Positions 6,095 to 11,330 of a stretch of 11,330 bases of DNA are shown here, one piece after another. The notes below the pieces were generated by a model. It was not told the DNA's origin, ran no database searches, and worked only from the letters and a program-made list of their open reading frames with translations. Numbering within the stretch: the stretch's first letter is position 1; the number at the start of each line of letters is the position of its first letter. This DNA comes from an uncultured Chloroflexia bacterium (GTDB taxonomy: Bacteria; Chloroflexota; Limnocylindria; Limnocylindrales; CSP1-4): the NCBI GenBank assembly GCA_963766735.1, contig CAVYBU010000001.1, positions 1-11,330 of the forward strand, in the 5' to 3' direction. A program made the position numbers and the translations under genes.

Positions 6095-7624
6095 GTGCCT
6101 GCGATCACGCACACCGCCCCTCACCCACCCCGCCGCGTCGTCACCGAAGCCGATCTGGGCTCGGTCTTCACCGCCGAGGATCTCTGCCCCACGGGCCTGC
6201 TGATCGACGGCGCCTTCCTCGCGGCGGCCGCGGGCCGCACCCTCGTCGTCGAGGATCCGGCCACCGGTCGTGAGATCGCCGAGGTGGCCGACGCCGCACC
6301 GGCCGACTGCATGGCGGCTCTGGAGGCGGCGGTGGCCGCACAGGGATCGTGGGCGGCGAGCGCCCCCCGCGAGCGCGCGCGGATCCTGCGCCGCGCGGCC
6401 GACGCCCTTCGCGACCAGGCCGAGCAGATGGCGCGCCTTCTCACGGCCGAGATGGGAAAGCCTCTTTCGGAGTCACGCGCCGAGGTCGAGTTCGCCGCCG
6501 ACTACCTGGAGTGGTTCGCCGAGGAGGCCGTGCGGATCTCGGGGCGGACGTCTGTGTCTCCTGATGGTGAGTCCCAGCACCTGGTCGTGCGCACCCCGGT
6601 GGGGCCGTGCCTGGTGATCAGCCCCTGGAACTTCCCCCTGGCCGTTCCGGCGCGCGGGATCGGCCCGGCGCTCGCCGCCGGCTGCACGGTGGTGCTTCGG
6701 CCCTCCTCGCTCACGCCGCTGTCGGCGCTCGCCCTGGGGCAGATCCTCATTGAGGCCGGCCTCCCGGCCGGAGTGCTCAACATCGTCGTCTCGTCCGAGG
6801 ACGGGGCGACCGATCCGCTCCTTTGCGACGGGCGGATCCGCAAGCTGACCTTCACCGGATCGGAGGCCGTCGGGCGCCACCTGATCGCGAAAAGCGCCGA
6901 GCAGGTGCTGCGGGTCTCGGCCGAGCTCGGGGGCTGTGCGCCGTTTCTGGTCTTCGCCGATGCCGACATGGACGCCGCCGTCGAGGGCGCCCTGGCGGCC
7001 AAGATGCGAAACGGCGGGGCGGCCTGCACCGCGGCCAACCGCTTCTACGTCGAGCGCTCGGTGTATCCCGAGTTCACCCGTCGCCTCGCCGCGCGGATCG
7101 GGCAGGTGCGCATCGGCCCGGGCGTGCGCGCGGGGGTCGGCTGCGGGCCGATGATCAGCGCGCGCCAGGTCGCGCGGCTGACGGAGCTGGTCAACGACGC
7201 CGTGGGGCGCGGGGCGCGCGTGGTCCTCGCCGGCGGCCCGGTCCCGGGCAACGGGCACTTCTTCGCCCCGGTGGTTCTGGCCGACGTCCCCCATGAGGCG
7301 CGGGTGATGCGCGAGGAGATCTTCGGACCCGTGGTGGCGATCGCGCCCTTCGAAACCGAGGACGAGGCCCTTCGCCTGGCCAACGACCACGACGCCGGCC
7401 TCGCGGCCTACTTGTTCACCACCGACCTCGAGCGGGCGATGCGCCTGGGCGCCGCCATCAAGGCGGGGATGGTCGCGATCAACCGCGGCCGGGTGTCGTG
7501 CGTTTCGGCCCCCTTCGGCGGTGTGGGCCACTCGGGCTTCGGCCACTCCGGGGGATCCGAGGGCATCGATGAGTACCTGGTGACCCGCTACCTGACGATG
7601 CCGGCGACGGGCGGTGCATGGTGA
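6095..7624 (+). CDS. gabD: NAD(P)-dependent succinate-semialdehyde dehydrogenase-like aldehyde dehydrogenase (509 aa)
   Basis: RBS AAGGAGA at 6084-6090 before GTG 6095; motifs EMGKPL.E, WFAEEA.R, PWNFP, FTGS, ELGG (catalytic Glu), KMRNGGAACTAANR (catalytic Cys), EEIFGPV, APFGG. Confidence 0.88.
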   Translation: MPAITHTAPHPPRRVVTEADLGSVFTAEDLCPTGLLIDGAFLAAAAGRTLVVEDPATGREIAEVADAAPADCMAALEAAVAAQGSWAASAPRERARILRRAADALRDQAEQMARLLTAEMGKPLSESRAEVEFAADYLEWFAEEAVRISGRTSVSPDGESQHLVVRTPVGPCLVISPWNFPLAVPARGIGPALAAGCTVVLRPSSLTPLSALALGQILIEAGLPAGVLNIVVSSEDGATDPLLCDGRIRKLTFTGSEAVGRHLIAKSAEQVLRVSAELGGCAPFLVFADADMDAAVEGALAAKMRNGGAACTAANRFYVERSVYPEFTRRLAARIGQVRIGPGVRAGVGCGPMISARQVARLTELVNDAVGRGARVVLAGGPVPGNGHFFAPVVLADVPHEARVMREEIFGPVVAIAPFETEDEALRLANDHDAGLAAYLFTTDLERAMRLGAAIKAGMVAINRGRVSCVSAPFGGVGHSGFGHSGGSEGIDEYLVTRYLTMPATGGAW

Positions 7625-7812
7625 TGGGGCCCGAGGATCCGCGGCCGGCCGGCGACTGGGAATCCTTTCGGGCCGCCCGCGAGCGCTTCTTTTCCCGGGT
7701 GCGACCGGAGGCGATGGACGATCCACCGCAGTCGGTGTGCCCGGACGCGCTGCCCGAGGGGTGGCGACGCGATGAGGAGTGCGCACCCGGCGAGGACTCC
7801 GCGGGCGCCTGA
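7624..7812 (+). CDS. Small hypothetical protein (62 aa), possibly translationally coupled to the dehydrogenase
   Basis: TGATG stop/start overlap at 7622-7626 (alternative ATG 7618); ends just before the right arm repeats; no recognisable domain. Confidence 0.35.
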   Translation: MGPEDPRPAGDWESFRAARERFFSRVRPEAMDDPPQSVCPDALPEGWRRDEECAPGEDSAGA

Positions 7813-7837
7813 GGCCCGCGCCCCGCCGAGCAGCCGA

Positions 7838-7856
7838 GTGGCAACATGGTGGCAAC
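7838..7856 (+). promoter_or_regulatory. Putative integrase arm-type site pair GTGGCAAC-ATG-GTGGCAAC (right end)
   Basis: Same 8-mer pair as at 72-91, ending 57 bp before the tRNA fragment. Confidence 0.6.
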
Positions 7857-7913
7857 CCAGCGGCCCGGAACCGCCGCAAGCCCATGGGCCTCCGGGCCGG
7901 CGGACGGGCCTTG

Positions 7914-7956
7914 CTCGTGATGAAGGGGGCAGCGGTTCGAATCCGCTCGTCGGCTT
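7914..7956 (+). pseudogene. 3' half of tRNA-Thr(CGT); attR-like site
   Basis: CTCGTGA (anticodon loop, CGT) TGAAG GGGGC AGCGG-TTCGAAT-CCGCT CGTCGGC T: canonical T-arm and acceptor 3' strand; no matching GCCGACG 5' strand or D-arm upstream, so not a functional tRNA. Confidence 0.88.
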
Positions 7957-8197
7957 CCCTTCCTCAGGGCGTTTCTCCTGCACGCGAGCCTGTTCGTGCC
8001 CTCCGGCCGGCCCACGATCCTCACGCCTGAGGTCACCGAGGCCAGCTGCGGCTTCCTGCGCGGCCCGAGCGCGCGTGAGTGCCGAGTCCCCCACTGTGGC
8101 TCATGAGGCCATGTCGGCGCGGCCAAGAGCGGGAGGGACTGAGCATGGCGAGGCGCAGGAACGCCGAAGGGATTTTCGCTGTGCAAGGATCTTCGTC

Positions 8198-8662
8198 ATG
8201 GGCCTTGGTTCGATCCATCTCGTCCTGGCGATCGTCGCCATGGTCAGCGGCGGATGGGTGGTCAGCAGGCGCAAAGGAGGGCTCGGCCACCGGCGGTGGG
8301 GCCGGCTGTTCGCGGGCGCGTTGATCGGCGTCAACGTGACCGCACTGTGGATCTACGACCTCACCGGGAGCTTCAATCCGTTCCATGTGATGGCGATCGT
8401 CAGCCTGGCCGGGGTGCTGATCGGGGTCGGCCACGCGCGGCTCCGCCGCCCGAGCCGTGCGTGGCGCGGCTTTCATGCCTATTGGATGTCGTGGTCGTAT
8501 GTCGGGCTGCTGGCGGCAGCGGCGTCGGAGGCCACCACGAGGATTCCGGAGTCGTCGTTCTGGTGGATGGTCGTGGGAGCGAGCGGCGCGGTCATCGGCG
8601 CCGGTTGGTTCGCGATCACCTGGCGAGTGCCTCGCGCCCTCGGCCGCGACCGGATCCACTGA
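8198..8662 (+). CDS. DUF2306-like membrane protein (154 aa)
   Basis: Pattern 'IH......A...G......RKG...HR.WGR......NVTAL.IY...G.F.PFH...HAY.M.WSY.GL.AA..SE'; several hydrophobic helices; ATG 8198 with AAGGA upstream. The computed 5' extension to 7772 crosses the att site and is rejected. Confidence 0.85.
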   Translation: MGLGSIHLVLAIVAMVSGGWVVSRRKGGLGHRRWGRLFAGALIGVNVTALWIYDLTGSFNPFHVMAIVSLAGVLIGVGHARLRRPSRAWRGFHAYWMSWSYVGLLAAAASEATTRIPESSFWWMVVGASGAVIGAGWFAITWRVPRALGRDRIH

Positions 8663-8681
8663 GCCCGCGACCGGCGAGCCA

Positions 8682-9098
8682 CTGCGCCGGCCGAAGCTCG
8701 GCGCGATCGTCACTGCAAGCGCGATCGGATTCGTCATGGCCGTTGGTGCCTCGCCGGCACTCGCCGCGCCGGCGAAGGGAGCTCCCTCCAGCGCTCAGGC
8801 TACCTTCGGCACGAAGGACAAGGCCAAGACTCCCGGCGACAAGGTGGCCAGGCACGCTTTCCCAGATACCGGGTTCTCGTCACCGTTTTCAGGACCGCGC
8901 CGCTATGAGCGCCTGGCACCCACGGAAGTCACGGACGAAAGCCAGCTCAACCAGCCGATCGGGCAACGGATGGTCAACAGGATCGCGCGGAGGGTAGGAC
9001 TGCGAAAGTCCCGCACTCTCACCGAACAGCAATACCTTGAATTCATCTCTGGCAGGGGTGTCGGCGGCAATCCTGATGACCCGAAGTTGGTGGATGAT
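8682..9098 (+). pseudogene. Truncated gene for a secreted hypothetical protein
   Basis: Signal-peptide-like LRRPKLGAIVTASAIGFVMAVGASPALA-A without a canonical start or RBS, then globular-looking 'FSGPRRYERLAPTEVTDESQLNQPIGQ…LTEQQYLEFISGRGVGG'; after ~9098 the frame reads like antisense text until the stop at 9215. Confidence 0.5.
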
Positions 9099-9251
9099 GG
9101 CGCTCACTCCGCGGTCGGCCGGCATGAGCGAGTAGGACCGCCGGAGACCGTGCCAGGCGCTCTCGAGCGACCCCGTGGCCTTCTGCGCGGGGTTGAGCCA
9201 CATCGCGGCCTCTGAGCAGCTACAGCTGACGAACGCTGTGAGGAATCGCCG

Positions 9252-10691
9252 CTAGAGCCCGACCTCCGCGCTGACCCGCCCGCTCGCGACGGCCTCCTTG
9301 AGAAGCGCGTAGTCGGCCTCGTTGCGGTCGGCGTAGACGGCCGAGAAGGTCGCGATCGCCCGGTCGAAGGCGTCGCCCTTTCCGAGGTAGGCCGCGATGG
9401 CGATCGGGTCGCCCGATCGGGCGTGGGCGCGGGCCAGCGTCCAGCCGCACAGGCGCGCATAGATCGTCATTCCCTTGGGCACCATCGCCTCGATCTCAGC
9501 CGAGCCCTTCCAGTCGCGCAGCTGGCGCACGTAGAAGTCGCGCTCGATGTCGTCGAGGCCGGTGACCCGCGTCCAGCCGAGGAAGATGTCGCTCGCGGCC
9601 TGCATCAGCCGTTGGCCGGCGACCACCCGGTGGCCGGCGTTGCGGTAGTCGCTCCGCCCGGCGAACGCCTCGAGCACCGAGGGCTGGGCCTCCTTGAATT
9701 GCAGGAACAGCGGGTCCTGGTTGTCGCGGCCGAGCAGGAGGGCGATCCATGCGCGCGTGCCGACGCTGCCGACGCCCACCACCTTGCGGGCCAGATCGAC
9801 GAACCGGTACTGCTCGAGCAGCCGGCGACGGTCGGTCTCGAGCGTGCGGCGGTAGTCGCGCAGGCGCCCGTGGATCCACTCGGAGAACTGCTGGGCGGCC
9901 TCCGGTGGCAGAAGATCGGCGGCCCGCTCGATCAGGGGCGGGTCGCTCGCGATGCGCGGCTCGCCGTTGACCTCGTGCGTGAGCCGGCGGAAGGCCTGCA
10001 TGCTGTCCTTGGTGCGCGCCTTGGCCAGGTTCTTGTCGGCCCGCTTGGCGAGCTTCTTCGGGACCGTCGAGCGGTACTCGGCGAGGGTCCCTTCGATGTC
10101 GAGGCTGGCGTAGAAGATGGCGAGGTTGGGCTGCGCGGCGAAGCCGGCCATAGCGGTGCGGTAGGACTCGACGCACGTGCGGACGATCGCGGTGCGCTGG
10201 GCGTCGGTGAAGCCGCGGTCGCGCGCGGCGATCTCGAAGCTCGCCGCCAGCCGCTTCAGGTCCCACTCGAACGGCCCGGGCAGGGTCTCGTCGAAGTCGT
10301 TGATGTCGAACACAAGACGCCGCTCCGGGGTGCCGAAGGCGCCGAAGTTCGACAGGTGCGCGTCGCCGCACAGCTGGACGCGCAGGCTCGTCGTCGGCGT
10401 GGCGGCGAGGTCGCTCGCCATGATCAGGGCGGCGCCACGATAGAAGGTGAAGGGCGAGACCAGCATCCGCCCGTAACGGATCGGTACCAGCTCGGGCACG
10501 CGCGTCTCGGCCTGACCTTCCAGCAGGGCAACCGGATCCGGCCGGTCCGAGGGCGGCGCGAACTCGGCGTGGGCCGACCGCGGTACGTCGCCCCGGGCGG
10601 TCTTTCCCCGCGATTCCCGCTCGGCCACCGTCGGGTGTTCGACCACCCGGCGCTTGGGAGTGCGCCGGTCATCGGCCGCTGTCGTCGTCAT
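9252..10691 (-). CDS. DUF2252 family protein (479 aa)
   Basis: Hallmark motifs RVPELVPIRYGRM..SPF.FYRGAA, CGDAHLSNFG, FDINDFDET..GPFEWDLKRL, KVVGVGSVGTR, LQFKEA, FYVRQLRDWKGS, LARAHARSGD; RBS GAAGGAG. Confidence 0.95.
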   Translation of the reverse strand: MTTTAADDRRTPKRRVVEHPTVAERESRGKTARGDVPRSAHAEFAPPSDRPDPVALLEGQAETRVPELVPIRYGRMLVSPFTFYRGAALIMASDLAATPTTSLRVQLCGDAHLSNFGAFGTPERRLVFDINDFDETLPGPFEWDLKRLAASFEIAARDRGFTDAQRTAIVRTCVESYRTAMAGFAAQPNLAIFYASLDIEGTLAEYRSTVPKKLAKRADKNLAKARTKDSMQAFRRLTHEVNGEPRIASDPPLIERAADLLPPEAAQQFSEWIHGRLRDYRRTLETDRRRLLEQYRFVDLARKVVGVGSVGTRAWIALLLGRDNQDPLFLQFKEAQPSVLEAFAGRSDYRNAGHRVVAGQRLMQAASDIFLGWTRVTGLDDIERDFYVRQLRDWKGSAEIEAMVPKGMTIYARLCGWTLARAHARSGDPIAIAAYLGKGDAFDRAIATFSAVYADRNEADYALLKEAVASGRVSAEVGL

Positions 10692-10757
10692 GTAGAGCTC
10701 CTTCGCCCGGCGCCGCTTGTGACCCGGACCGTGATCATGCGCCCTCGGGCGCCGCTG

Positions 10758-10940
10758 TCACGCTCCGCGCGCGATCGCCTCTTCGGTCGGCGCCATGAAG
10801 GCCCCGATGATCCACAGCACCGGGAAGATGATCCCGATCCAGAACATCGCCTTGTGGCCGTTCGCGAGCGTCGTGAACCCCAGCACCAGCAGCAAGGTGA
10901 TCCACAGAACCACCATGATCCCGCCGAACCACCACCACAT
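10758..10940 (-). CDS. Small membrane protein (60 aa, about 2 TM helices)
   Basis: Strong RBS AGGAGG 6 nt before ATG 10940; MWWWFGGIMVVLWITLLLVLGFTTLANGHKAMFWIGIIFPVLWIIGAFMAP; GC-rich third positions; same strand as and just upstream of DUF2252. Confidence 0.8.
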   Translation of the reverse strand: MWWWFGGIMVVLWITLLLVLGFTTLANGHKAMFWIGIIFPVLWIIGAFMAPTEEAIARGA

Positions 10941-11220
10941 ACCGGGCCTCCTGCTCGTGTGAGGTGACTGTCCCCCGACGCGGTCACGTCCGTCAAGATG
11001 GTTTGCGAGGCGACATGCTGATCCCGCCTTCATCGTCGTCGGTGGTCCATGCGGCGTGCTCGAGCGGCAGCTCCTCGGTCGCGGTGACGGGGTCGGGCCG
11101 AGGCAGGGCCGTATCCCGGCCCTTCGGCGAAGGGAGCCCCGAGGTCGGCCGGCGACGGCCGAGCCGGTGAGCGCGACGGCCGCCGTTCGCCCGCGCCCTG
11201 AGTAGGGCGGCGTGGTGACG

Positions 11221-11330
11221 ATGGACGAGCGGGCCGACGAGACGACCGGCCGTGGGACGATGCAGCCGGGTGGCGCGTATGCGGCGCACCCGGCGCCCCA
11301 GCGCAGCACGAGCGGGCCCGGCCTGGAGAT
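11221..11330 (+). CDS. 5' end of a gene running off the window, possibly a SAM-dependent carboxyl methyltransferase (Methyltransf_7-like)
   Basis: Open frame MDERADETTGRGTMQPGGAYAAHPAPQRSTSGPGLE resembles the M.GG..Y..(H/N)S..Q N-terminal motif of that family; only 36 codons are visible. Confidence 0.3.
   Translation, partial: MDERADETTGRGTMQPGGAYAAHPAPQRSTSGPGLE

Larger units (their letters stand above)
1..7956. mobile_element. Putative composite, non-autonomous genomic island made of two tandem units (1-952 and 953-7956) integrated at a tRNA-Thr(CGT) 3' end; no integrase gene in the window
   Basis: tRNA 3'-half copies at 910-952 and 7914-7956; bases 1-59 identical to 952-1010 (the sequence after the tRNA half); paired GTGGCAAC repeats at both outer ends; accessory-type cargo. 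The left boundary (tRNA) is inferred to lie just outside the window. Confidence 0.7.

Noticed and set aside
7880-7956. Intact tRNA-Thr gene
   Set aside because: No 5' acceptor strand or D-arm, and the anticodon stem cannot pair properly (CCTTG/TGAAG).
6473-8186. Minus-strand ORFs 6473-7885, 7479-8186 and 7588-8094
   Set aside because: Shadow frames; 'SRRADSNRCPLHHE' and 'KPTSGFEPLP' are just the antisense translation of the tRNA half.
9423-10967. 514-aa plus-strand ORF
   Set aside because: Antisense shadow of DUF2252 and the small membrane gene.
10993-11128. Minus-strand segment DPVTATEELPLEHAAW (faintly like a Zn alcohol dehydrogenase C-terminus) and a GC hairpin at 11097-11128
   Set aside because: Similarity too short to support; the hairpin lacks a U-tract and lies between divergent starts, so no function can be assigned.

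Overview
GC-rich, probably actinobacterial DNA (inferred from gene content and codon pattern) that looks like an integration hotspot at a tRNA-Thr(CGT) gene. Two degenerate 3' halves of tRNA-Thr lie at 910-952 and 7914-7956. The first 59 bp of the window are repeated exactly just after the first half, which implies that another tRNA-Thr 3' end lies immediately upstream of base 1. Paired GTGGCAAC repeats resembling integrase arm sites mark the two outer ends (72-91, 7838-7856). Together these define two tandem units with no integrase. Unit 1 (~0.95 kb) carries only a SnoaL-like ester cyclase gene. Unit 2 (~7 kb) carries an MBL-fold hydrolase, a large zinc-ribbon/pseudo-cyclase/STAND-ATPase/TPR/LuxR regulator and a GabD-like succinate-semialdehyde dehydrogenase; the two enzyme genes share a 22-bp upstream box. 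To the right are a DUF2306 membrane protein, a truncated secreted-protein gene, a DUF2252 protein, a 60-aa membrane protein and the start of a possible methyltransferase. All family calls come from motif recognition by eye; no searches were run.
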